A stretch of DNA of 63,532 nucleotides, counting the filler, from Intoshia linei (lineage: Eukaryota; Animalia; Orthonectida): NCBI GenBank assembly GCA_001642005.1. It is 4 parts of 4 records of this genome, joined end to end, with 100 filler letters (N's around TTAATTAATTAA, not from the genome) between each part and the next. Parts side by side here need not be neighbours in the genome. Positions count along the whole stretch, not along the records: positions 37,691 to 53,286 come from LWCA01000905.1; positions 53,387 to 63,532 come from LWCA01001310.1; 2 more parts are not named here. The stretch is one strand, 5' to 3'. This document shows positions 52,277 to 63,532 of the stretch, in pieces. A program made the position numbers and the translations under genes. Below the pieces are notes generated by a model. It searched no databases. It saw nothing but the letters and a program-made list of their open reading frames with translations, and was not told the origin of the DNA. Numbering within the stretch: the stretch's first letter is position 1; the number at the start of each line of letters is the position of its first letter.

Positions 52277-52635
52277 TGAATTTTGTACAACACACAAAAA
52301 TTAGTTTATTAAAAAGTAAATAACAAATCTATTTTCATATTTATATTTTTTTTAAAATATATTGCATGTCTTGACTCTTTTACAGTTGGGACGTGGAGAT
52401 AAGACTGGGTTATAATATTTTGAAATTATATTAATAAAACATATTTACAGGAAAATCTCGTTTAGAATGGTTAACTGTACCTTTGTATCACCGTATAAGA
52501 TACGGTGTATGCGAAATAATACAAAATATACAATAATAAAATGCGTTTTTGAAAATAATGATTTTAAATTGTATTATAAATTATATTACAGTATATTTTT
52601 AACTTTGATTATGTACTGTATATTTAAATTAAATT

Positions 52636-53103
52636 TTAATATCCTTTGCAAGTTTGACAGCATAATTTAGAAATCAGTTCATATTTGCAATATCCTTTGA
52701 TAGCCATTTCATCACAGTTCATTATTACTCCATTAACTTTTAGTTTTTGAGACAAATTCTCATAACAATCTGGTCAATTTATTATTAATTCTATTTTTTA
52801 TTTTTTTTTTACCAAGATCACATTGACCACATGTCAATTTGCATTTTTCGAACATGTATTTTCCATAATTTCCTGAATTACAATATTGTGAAAGATCTTT
52901 GCAATTTTTTTGCAAGTCTTTACATTTGTCTATTTAATATATAAAAATAATAAAATATATTATATTACTATTATCACATTTTTTACACGTGCTTTGACAG
53001 TTTTTAGTCATATATGTTAAAAATTTAGGTTTATTACATTTAGTAACATATTTGCTGCATTGATCCCACGTGTCCTTACAGTCTCCTTCATCAACTTTAT
53101 CAC
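52636..53103 (-). CDS. ShK-ShK-PLAC cysteine-rich protein, 3' exons only (5'-partial at the gap)
   Basis: Phase-1 exons: 53103-52969 (CKDTWDQCSKYVTKCNKPKFLTYMTKNCQSTCKKC), 52929-52813 (CKDLQKNCKDLSQYCNSGNYGKYMFEKCKLTCGQC) and 52769-52636 (CYENL...NCDEMAIKGYCKYELISKLCCQTCKGY*). Introns are 39 and 43 nt. Confidence 0.85.
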
Positions 53104-53286
53104 CTTAAATAAATGTAAATTTTAATTTTTTGAATCCAAAAAATATCAATTGATGAGTATTTCGCTAGTAATGAAAATATTTGTTAAGTTAAAGTAATTA
53201 ATTTAACAGCAAATAAGATTAAAGTATTTAAGTATTCATATTATTTTTTTTTTCGAAATATTTTATTAAAACAAAAAATGTGAAAT

Positions 53287-53386
53287 NNNNNNNNNNNNNN
53301 NNNNNNNNNNNNNNNNNNNNNNNNNNNNNNTTAATTAATTAANNNNNNNNNNNNNNNNNNNNNNNNNNNNNNNNNNNNNNNNNNNN
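53287..53386. other. Synthetic contig spacer
   Basis: 44 N + TTAATTAATTAA + 44 N. Confidence 0.95.
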
Positions 53387-54779
53387 GTAATTAGCGCATT
53401 TCCATTAGTGATGTACATTTGAACGCACTTTACAACTTAAATATCAACGTACTTATAAATTTAATTTATTCCACGCTTATATATTTTTATAAACCATGGA
53501 ATTTTATAGCTCAATTACATTTTTAAAATAAAAAGTTTAGTTTTTTGTTGTAATACAGTGCTATCGCGCTTATTACAAGCAATCACGCTTTTAGAAATGT
53601 ATAACAATTTTCATAGCAATTCAAAAGTCCAATTTTCGCCAAGTTAAAGTTAAATTCAATAACATTATACTATGAAACATGTCTCGCTAAGTTAAAATGA
53701 TTTGATCAGATTAAATTTATCCGTCTATTTCAAATAAATTAGTAAGTAGTATTTATTTATTAATTTTTTAATTTTTTAACAATTAGAAATTAATAATTTA
53801 TATGCCATCCAAATATAGAAATTTAATAAACAATTCAAATATAAAATTTTGGGTGAAATTGATAAAAATATCATTAATGAGACTATTCAATCCCATTAGT
53901 CAAATAGTGATTTTACTGATACCTTTGAAATAAAAGATTGTTTATATCGATTAGACTATCTTCAAAATTTTTACTAAAAAAACCACACTTATCTCAAAAA
54001 ATACAAGAATGGTCAAATATTATAGAAAAAGATTTCATTAATACCTAATTTTATAATAAAAGATACATTTTAATTAACTTAATTGTAAAATTAAAAATAT
54101 TTGTGTTAAATTTGCATCTCGCGAAGTTAAATTTACAATTTCATTAAATATCATCTATTTTTATGATTGTAACTATGCATTTCTGATATTTTACATCATT
54201 TTGAAACAAGTTAAATCACAATTTATTTATCCCCAAAGTGCAATTTTTATTAAAATTTTCAATTTGACTTGGCGCGATTGCACTGTATTTTAATTATCAT
54301 TCACTCGTTCATAATTTTTTGTTGTATTTATGCAGAATGTATATTAATTTATTAATGAAATTGTTAAAATGCATAGTGCATGTATAATAAATGTATATAT
54401 GAATTTATTGATGCAATGTAAAATTTAACATTTCCACAAATTCGATGTATTTATAAATATATTATACATCACTTCAAAATTTTGTAAAATTAATATCACT
54501 AAAAAACTCAATAAATTTTAATATATTTTGTGTCCGTCTATTTAAAGCTGCCAGATTAAAAACGTACTCATATTACTTAGTTACCAAATTATAATGTTGA
54601 ATTTTGAATTTTGAAATCTGCATTTTTGATATACAATTATGGAGTTTATGTATTGAAGAAAATTAATCAATATACATTAAAACATATGTACAAAGTAATT
54701 TAAATATGTATGTGATGTCAAGTAGAGAATTTAAAAAATATGCAATTTTTCTATAATTTATTTCCACTTACATTGTTGT

Positions 54780-55758
54780 ATATAATATGCTACGCAACAT
54801 TTGTTTGTGTGATTGTGTTCCACTTTATTTCAATAACTACCAGCTGTATAATTTTATAAAGTCCACATTTCAATTACAATTTTTTCCGGGTGATAATAAG
54901 ATAAATTTTAACCTCCCAAACTCACATCTTACGGGTCAAAAACCCTAATTGCCTTTTTTTTAAAATCAAACGAGTTGGAGAATTTAGAAAAATATATAAG
55001 CTGATACGGATTTTAAAATCATTAACATTGTCATAAATTTAAATATAAAAAAATTATATCTTCAGGGCCAAAACCACAAATTACCCTTTTTTTTATTATG
55101 AAAACAGCCCTAGAATTTAAAAAAATTTACAGGTGGTACAGTTGTATTCTGTTAACAATAATTCGATTTAAAAATTAAAAAAAAAGATTATTCTGATAGA
55201 GCTTATTCCAGTTGATATATATACTAAATTTTAACTCCAGAATTCTACGCATTCCCGGTGAAAAATAATTTTTCAAATATTTCGATTAAAATAAATATTG
55301 ATCCTACAATTTAAAAAAAAATGTGTAGTGAACGTCTACACATTTCTAATAAAGAATATGGATGAAAATCTATATAATTCATTTCTTTGGAATTTTTTTC
55401 ATTGCTACGCAATTTTTAAATTTCAAATTATCATTTTCTAAACATTTTGAATAAAATTTAAATAAAAACTACAACAACGAAACTGAAAGTAAACAACTTT
55501 TTTATTATATTTTTATATTTATATTACAATCCTTTGCAATATTGGTAAAATTCTCTTGAGATATGTTAATAAAGTGAAGATTCCGTTAATTATTGATACA
55601 TAATTGGTATTTTTAAGTATTTATTAAATTGGTACTGAATATATCTCATATTGAAAATCACAAAATAGGTTTTTATAATTTTATTTTTTTGTATAATAAA
55701 AATGTACTATCTGCAGAGATAGGTGCTGTTTGTACGTAGTACATAACAGTCAAACTAG
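54780..55758 (+). mobile_element. Non-autonomous Helitron (family A)
   Basis: Colinear with 58919-60195. Ends CTGTTTGTACGTAGTACATAACAGTCAAACTAG|T. Confidence 0.8.
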
Positions 55759-56269
55759 TTTATTCATAAAACTGGTACTGAAATCAAAACTTTTTTGGTT
55801 CGTTAATACAAAAATATTATCAAACGTTAATTGGTTAAACGTCCAAATTTAACGGTCAAATGAGTAGTATTAATTAATTAAAAAGTTAAAATTTTAAATA
55901 CTACAGTATTTACTTTTTTCTTCTATAATGTATTTCGGATGAGGCAATGATATTAATATTGAAATAAATCTCAAAATTATACTAAAAGTTAATTCTAATC
56001 TTTACATGTTTTTGAAAATGATAAATTACATGGCAATGATTAAAAAAGAAGGAAGCAATTTATGAGATTGGAACCAATATTTTATTATTTCAAATATGTA
56101 TACGGTCAATTCCTACTTTTTTTAAAATTGTAGTAGGAATATTTCAATTTTCATTTGATATTTTAATTTAAAAATTCAATATTGTAACTATAGCTTTTGA
56201 AATTTAAATTATAATGTTTTCATTTTTATATTATTTCACATTTTGTCAATAATTTATTAACTACTTTAG

Positions 56270-56475
56270 ATTCAGCAGATACGCCATCATTAGAGAAAAA
56301 ACGGAAAAAAAAATTAACTAAATCTGCTGCAGTAGAAAATAGTACGATTTACACCAACGAATCAGGGCTTAAAGTTATCGGATACGATAAAAAGTATCTT
56401 GTTCTCAGTCAAGTGTTTGTTTTCTTTGTATCCTTACTTTCCTGTGCACTTTGTTTTTTATTATGGGTATTATAA
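56270..56475 (+). CDS. Probable terminal exon encoding a C-terminal hydrophobic anchor (unknown gene, 5' exons not identified)
   Basis: TTTAG acceptor, then an open frame SADTPSLEKKRKKKLTKSAAVENSTIYTNESGLKVIGYDKKYLVLSQVFVFFVSLLSCALCFLLWVL*. AATAAA at about 56492. Confidence 0.45.
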
Positions 56476-56970
56476 TGTACTTTAAACTTGAAATAAATGT
56501 GTATGATTGTAATTAAAATTTTAGTTTATTAATCTTGAATTATATTTCAAGGTGGCCAATGTCCACTAAACATTCATTTTACGGATCGGAAATCAGCATA
56601 AACCTTTAATTTCATCGTGAAAGCAGCAGAAAAATTTCCTTGGAATTTATTTATATTATTTTGTTCTGTTTATATTTACTGCATTAAAAATTGCTTTGTT
56701 GACGAATATTTCATCTTGACTGGATAATTATCAAAAATTTTTCTATATATCGAGAAAACACTATATGTATATATTTAACTATTTATTTCTTTTACAAATT
56801 GATAATTTATGATTAAAAACAAAACAATAATGCTTAATATTTATAAGATTTGATATATTCCAACATTTTCCTTAGATTGCCATAATTGTATATTCCATAT
56901 ACATGGTAAACAATGTAATAGTTAATGGTGAATACTGTTTGTTAGAAACGATTATTTTTTTGAATTCCTG

Positions 56971-59900
56971 ATGTCGTTTATGAACTTGGACGAGAATGAT
57001 ATATACGATGGTTACAATGACTTCAATCCATCATTGAGCAATGAGGTATATTTTTAACGCGATTGAAGTGATAAATATATTTATTAAGGATCAAATTTTT
57101 GATAAAATTTTCTTAAATATTAACAATGAAAACGCATCAAAAACTCCCTAATAATTACAGTAAAAAGTTGAAGTACATACACCATAAAAGGTACATTGAA
57201 CAATGTAAGCTTCAACTTTAGAAACACATAAAAATGGTTCACCTAAACATATGTATGTTGAACTAGTTTATATTAATTGGGCCATTCCTAAATTAAATAG
57301 TTTGATATTTTAAACATTATGAAAATTTACAATACACAAAAATGAATGAGAGGGTTAATAAAATGTATATATTTTTATATAAATCATGTTATAGAAATAT
57401 TACATTCAAAGGAACGATGTTAAAAATACGCCAATAAATGGTAAAGAACTTTTATTGAGACCAAAAACGTCAATTGTTGGGGCAGGCTATTCCAACAATA
57501 ACAATAAATATTCTCAATTTGTAGAATTACAAAATGAAATTCCGAATATTGGAAAGACTAAAAATAATCAAAATTCGTAAGGGATTGATTAATATATTGT
57601 TAAATATTTACATTATTTTAAAATTTAAATTGTAATAGAATGTCACAGAATATTAAAAAAATGGAACAAGACATTTATCTCATGCTTCAAAATAGTATAA
57701 AGTTAGCACAGGAGGGAGATATCACTGAGGTAAACATGTAAAAATGATATAATGTTAAATATCATTGTTTCTTACTAGGTCTGTTAGTTTATGGCAGGCC
57801 TCCCCAAAGAGGGTAATATGGATTAATGATGACGTTTTCTCGGTGCATATAAACATTTCTGTATTAGAATATAAGAAATCTGTTAGTTAATGATTGTTAT
57901 GATAAAAAAATTTCACGGGTAATCATAGGCTATGTAAAACTTTCTTGAATTGTTATATTCACTGAGAATTCGTTTTGAATAATAAACCCACCATTTTAGA
58001 AAAATTTAGTCTAGATTCCGAAGAGTGTTTCCGTAGAGTAAGTTCTGCTAGTAACTACTTTTACTCAGAACCATAACCAGGGCCATGGAGAGTCAGCAGT
58101 AGGCCCAGGCCAGATGGAAATTGTAGGCCCTATCAAAACATTTTCATAGTTTGGATGTTTATACTTTGTTTAATCAATTGTTTATTGTCTAAAAATTGCC
58201 TCTAGCCCCCTCTCCACGGACCTGACTATAACAGAAAACTACTATTTTTTATGATGTGCGCCAGCCCATAAAGTTTAATGTATATTATATGTATCTGGTT
58301 TTAAATATAAGCTTATGGAAAATATATTTGATATACATGTCTACTTTACGATTGTTACATATTACATCACTATTAGGCAATATCCAAATCCGAAGAAACG
58401 TATAGAAAGAATAAACAATTCAATAATTACAAAGAAGAATTCAATAAGGACGAAATGATAAATGATGATATTGGATTTATGGTAATTGCGCCAATTAAAT
58501 CTTAATTTTTATTGCACTAGTCGATATTAACAATATTTTGGCGGGAATATAAATGCAAATATTGTGAATACAATTGAATTTTTTAAGTTATCATTTAGGT
58601 TGAACTAAACAGAGCTACATTATATGCCCGTAATAATATGCACCAGAAAGCTTTAAACATTTATCAATCCATAATTAAAATGAAAAATTCTAAAAACACT
58701 ATGCGAATTGGCAAGATTCGCATGAATATGGGAAATGTGTATTATAAACTGGGTCAATACGGTAAAGCTTTAAAGCTTTACAAAATGGCTATGGATCAAA
58801 TACCAAATGGATATGTCTCAATAAGGTATTAACTTAATACTACACATACTACACTTCGTACAAACAGTAGATAGCTTTCCCGACGTCCGACTTTTTAAAG
58901 TTAAGACCTTTTTTTTAATCCTAACTTATATAAAATGCGACGCGATTTTTGTTTGTGTGTCTGTCTGTGTGTGTTACTTTTTTGAAATAACTAGCACTCT
59001 TAGAATTTTTTAAAGACCACATTTAAATTACAGTTTTTTCCAGGGCATATAATAACATAAAATTCAACCTCCCAATTTCACATCTTCAGGATCAAAAACC
59101 CCTGTTGTCCCTCTTTTTGAAAATTGAACGAGTTGGAAAATTTAAAAAAATATATACGCTGATGCGGATTTTAAAATCATAAACATTATCATAATTTTAA
59201 ATGCTGATGCGGATTTTAAAATCATAAACATTATCATAAATTTAAATTTAAAAAAATACACTGATGCGGATTTTAAAATCATAAACATTATCATAAATTT
59301 AAATTTAAAAAAATTATATTTTCAAAGCCAAAACTGCAAATTATCATTCTTTTTTTAATAAAAACAGCCCTAGAATTTCAAAAAATTTGTAGGTGGTACA
59401 GTTGTATCCTGTTAACATCCACACAAAAAATTCAATCCGAATAAGTGACGACTTCACGGTCAAAAAAGCATTTTAGTATTTATATATTTTTTTTCGAAAT
59501 ATTTTATTAAAACAAAAAATGTGAAATAATTAACTGTCAGAAAATGAAAAAAAAAAATTATTCTGATAGAGCCTATTCCAGTTGATATAAATACAATCTA
59601 TATAATTCATTCCTTCAGAATTTTTTTCATTGCTACGCAATTTTTAAATTTCAAATTCTCATTTTCAAAACGTTTTGAATAAAATTTAAATTGAAACTAA
59701 ACAACGAAACTATCACAACTTTGTTAATATCATTTTTATGTTTATTACAATCCTTTGCAAATTTGCTAAAATTCGACTAAAATATGTTTATAAAGTGAAG
59801 ATTCGGTTAATTATTGATACAAATTGTTATTTTTAAGTATTTATTAAATTGGTACTGAATATATATTATCACATTGAAAATGACGAAATAGGTTTTCATT

Positions 59901-62774
59901 ATAATTTTATTTTTCCTGGAATTTATGCTATTTATGACAAATTTTGGAATTGGACTGTTTTTACTTTATTTTTAAATGTTAACAAACAAAAAATTAAAAT
60001 GGAAATGGAAGTAATGTGATATGATGATTCCACCTGACACAAATTTGGGAACTAATCCTTTAAAGGATTGATAATAGTTAATAGTAGGATTTTTAAATTA
60101 GATTTTCAACGTGAATTTATTTTTTAAGTATAATAAAAATGTGCCCTCGGCAGAGCTAGGTCCTGTTTGTACGTAGTACATAACAGTTAACCTAGTTCAC
60201 TATAAACAAAGAGAGTATAATGTTAAAAACATTCAAAGTATAGTTACAACTCTAAAAAATTGTCATAAATAACATAAATTCAAAAAAAAATAAAATTTTA
60301 AATACCTATAGTACATACTTTTTTCTTCTATCAGACAGTTCGGATGAAGCAGTGTAATCACCACTGAAATTAATCTCAAAATTATACCAAAAAAGTTATC
60401 CGTAAGTAGATTATGAACATTGAAAGTTTTTGATGGGTAGCAACAATAAAAAAACAGAATCAATTAATTTATGAGATTCAAACCAATATTTCAGTATTTC
60501 AAATATGTATACGGTCAAAACCACCTTTTTTTGAAATTGTTGGATGAATATTTTAATTTTAATCAAATAATTTGAAAAATATTGGTTGATAATATATTAA
60601 CAGTGCTCGACAATGCCAGAGCCGAACCTACCGTACCGAGACCCCTCTTCAGGGGCCTAAAAAATTTTTTAATTATTTTTCCAAATTGAGCTTTAAAGAA
60701 TTATATTCTTGAATATCATAAATATTTTGTGTATTCAATTTAAAATATCAAGTTAAGAACCTTAGAGAGGTCGTTATGGGTTATACTACAGTATGCAAAG
60801 TTTGTGAAAAAATTTTATGGCCTATTTTTCATTTACGTGTGGCTTCCAGCTGGGTAGATTCGACTCTAGATAGTGCTTCAGATCTGGGGTAAATATGCAA
60901 AAAAGTTAAATTCTAGGACTGTTAATTTTGTAAATTTGTAAACAGACACACATTGTCATTCAATTTTATATAAGTAAAGAAATTTGGGTTGTACCAAGCT
61001 TAAAACTTTAAAATCTCAGGTGTATTGTTAAATGCCGCTCAAAATTGTATAACATTAGTAAAACCTATTAATTGATGTATAGAATGAAAATACTCCACAA
61101 TATTGGAATTGTTCAAGTAAGACTGTCAAATTATACTGAAGCATCAAATACTTTTGAAAATATAATGTTGGAAAAGCCAAATTTTTCGGATGCAGCAAAT
61201 TTAATTGTCTGTTATTCCCATTTAAACAAAATTTCAAACATACAAGATACATTTCGTAATATGCTGAATATAGATTTGGAAATAACTGAATCTGATTTTT
61301 ATCGAAATTTGAAGGTTTAATTAAATCATACATTTCATCATAATTAACATACATTATGTAGGAAGATCCAAAGAAAAATGTTATCTATGATGCTATAAAG
61401 AACGATTGTTTGAGTGTTTACGAACGAAAAATGTAAAAGTTGATAAAATGAATTATATTTTAATTTAGTCAAGCTGAAGCTGAAAAATGTATAAAATTTA
61501 CTATTCAGCTAATTTCATCATTAATTGACCCAAATTCAAATAAAGGTTATGAATGGTAATTTATTATTATTTTACATGTATTTTATTAATAATTAATAAT
61601 ACTAATAATTATTAGTATCTATAAAAATATATAATTTTTACTTTAGGTGTATACAACAAGTGAAAAGTTCAAATTATCGTGAAATGTCAACAGATTTAGA
61701 TATTGATAAGGCCATCAATTTTTTAAAAGTTGAAGAAATTGATAAAGCTATTGACATATTGAAATCTTTTGAGCTTGAGGGAGATTCAGTTTTTGGTACA
61801 GCATCGACCAATTTAAGTTTCATATATTTAATGGTAAATATTTCTGTTTAATAACACAGTCTAACAAAATAACAACTTTTTTGAATGCAAGAGTAAAATT
61901 TAGTGCACCTGGAAAAGATTTTTATTTTGGGCATTTATGCAACTTTAAGCTTAATTTTAAAAGAATCTGGACGTGATTGAAAAATAATATTGATATCACG
62001 TTGACCAACTCATTCACACGGCCCATATGATACATTTATCATTCTTGCATATTTCTGATGTTGTACAGTGTTCTCAATTTACTATTTTCAATTTATTGTT
62101 TCTAAACTGTATTCAGAAATTAGAATTCATGTTGTCATAGTGATTATTCGAAATATTTTGATCTAATATAATTATTAATTACATTATTTGAAATTTCTCA
62201 GAAAGTATAATATTTTTGATTAAACAAAATATAGTATGACATTAATCAATGTTATCTATGTATTCTGCTGCATATAATATATAGTTGGCGTTTCTAATTG
62301 TGTTTAAGATGGTTTTGAAAACCCCCTATTTTGGACATTTTTGCAATTTTAACCTCAAGTTAAAAAAATCTGAACGTGATTGAAAAATAAGATTGGATTG
62401 GTATTGCGTTGACCAGCTCATTGAGACGAAAAAGATGAAGTATTTATCATTGTTGCATTTTTTTGGTGTTGGACTGTGTAATTATTTTTTTTGGCTGATT
62501 TGTATTTATTATTTTTACTGGTTTAATGGTGACATATTTTTAGAAAGAGGAATTTCCAAATGCCATAAAATATGCCAACATAGCACTGGAACATGACAAA
62601 TATAATCCATATGGTTTTTTAAAAATTAAAATTTACATTTTAATATCATTATCGTAGCATTGGTTAATAAAGCTAATACCACCTTTCAAAATGGAAATTA
62701 CGAACAAGCTAGAGAAATGTACCAGGAAGCTATTAATAACGATTCTACGTGTACTGAGGCCTTGTTCAATTGTG
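56971..62774 (+). CDS. IFT88: Intraflagellar transport protein 88 (TPR protein), 3'-partial
   Basis: First exon MSFMNLDENDIYDGYNDFNP (cf. DEDDLYSGYNDYNP). Later motifs: RPKTSIVGAGY, IRMNMGNVYYKLGQYGKALKLYKMAMDQIP, KILHNIGIVQVRL, LDIDKAINFLK, ASTNLSFIYLM and ALVNKANTTF...EAINNDSTCTEALFNCG. Confidence 0.93.
58078..58224. mobile_element. 147-bp hAT MITE in an IFT88 intron
   Basis: TIRs CAGGGCCATGGAGAG and CTCTCCACGGACCTG. TSD ACCATAAC / ACTATAAC (7 of 8 match). Confidence 0.7.
58919..60195 (+). mobile_element. Complete non-autonomous Helitron (family A, 1277 bp) in an IFT88 intron
   Basis: A|TCCTAACTTATATAAAATGC, a (GT/GTCT)n microsatellite near the 5' end, a 3' hairpin CTGTTTGTACGTAGTACATAACAG, then CTAG|T. 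Internal triple tandem repeat at about 59158-59310. Confidence 0.85.
60617..60868. mobile_element. Probable hAT MITE in an IFT88 intron
   Basis: Ends CAGAGCCGAACCTAC and GTAGATTCGACTCTA. Degenerate TSD GACAATGC / GATAGTGC (6 of 8 match). The same left end occurs at about 50983. Confidence 0.5.
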
Positions 62775-63532
62775 GTGAGTTTAATTTATATGAACACAAC
62801 TGTGTGAATTTTAGTAGTTTTTTTAAAAATTTTATGATGCAGGAACGGATAAACTCGCGTATGACAGTTTTATGGCTACACCGAAAAAAAATGATTATGG
62901 AGAATTTTTTGCCGAGACGCTTGCCATTTTAAAAATTTCATACCACTATAATATAACTTTATTTACTGTAATCTTATGGTGAGATATTGAAGCTGTTTTG
63001 AATGGTCTTACATTTAGCGTCATGTTTGGTTCTTCACTTTGCATCTTTAAATTCAATTCTACCTCATTTATTTTTGTTTTTAGTCAAAATTTTTATCAAT
63101 GGAAAATGATAACACTGTGCAATGCACAGTGTGCAACACCCTAAAGAATTTTCAAAAAAAATTGTTGGATCACTCCGACTAATACTGTTAGATTATTTAC
63201 AAAATTTAAATCAAATACACCGTGTAGTTCAAGAGTTATTAACATTTTAATTAGTTCATTCATAAAAAAATAACTTAAAATTTAAAACGTGTAATTTAAT
63301 AAAGTCAATTTTAATATATCTTACAAAATGTGAACTGATTTTAAAAAATGATCATATACAAGGATGATACCAGCAAAATTAATCAATTTTTTAAATACGA
63401 TTAAATTTTGATGTATAATCACAATTTGAATTGATTTAGAATAAAATCTCTTATTATCATTTTATATTATCGTTCAATAGCATGAATTCACTAAAACACT
63501 TTAAAAAAGACGGAGTTAATTACATGCAATGT

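Overview
Very AT-rich eukaryotic (metazoan) genomic DNA. It consists of four contigs joined by identical synthetic 100-nt spacers (44 N + TTAATTAATTAA + 44 N). Genes have GT-AG introns that are either tiny (about 34-47 nt) or expanded by transposons. That architecture resembles a compact invertebrate genome such as an orthonectid (Intoshia-like); this is inference only. Manual splicing supports these genes: a DPP8/9-like peptidase (partial), a 56-aa ultra-basic protamine/H1-tail-like protein, a complete 7-exon RTCB, a head-to-head MBTPS2/S2P (partial), a divergent dynein heavy chain of DNHD1 type with a degenerate AAA1 (partial), EFCAB5 (5'-partial), an HSPA12-like protein with about 577 aa of N-terminal extension and degenerate nucleotide-binding motifs, a small membrane protein, a secreted single-saposin protein, an ShK-ShK-PLAC protein (5'-partial) and IFT88 (3'-partial). 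Introns and intergenic DNA contain many non-autonomous Helitrons, hAT MITEs with 8-bp TSDs, pogo-like MITEs and relics of Buster/Charlie, hATm-like and Tc1 transposases. The most interesting features are invisible to the ORF track: the adjacent saposin and ShK genes (one ShK domain carries a Lys-Tyr dyad in toxin register) and the ultra-basic microprotein. All family assignments come from motifs recognised by eye; no database search was run.
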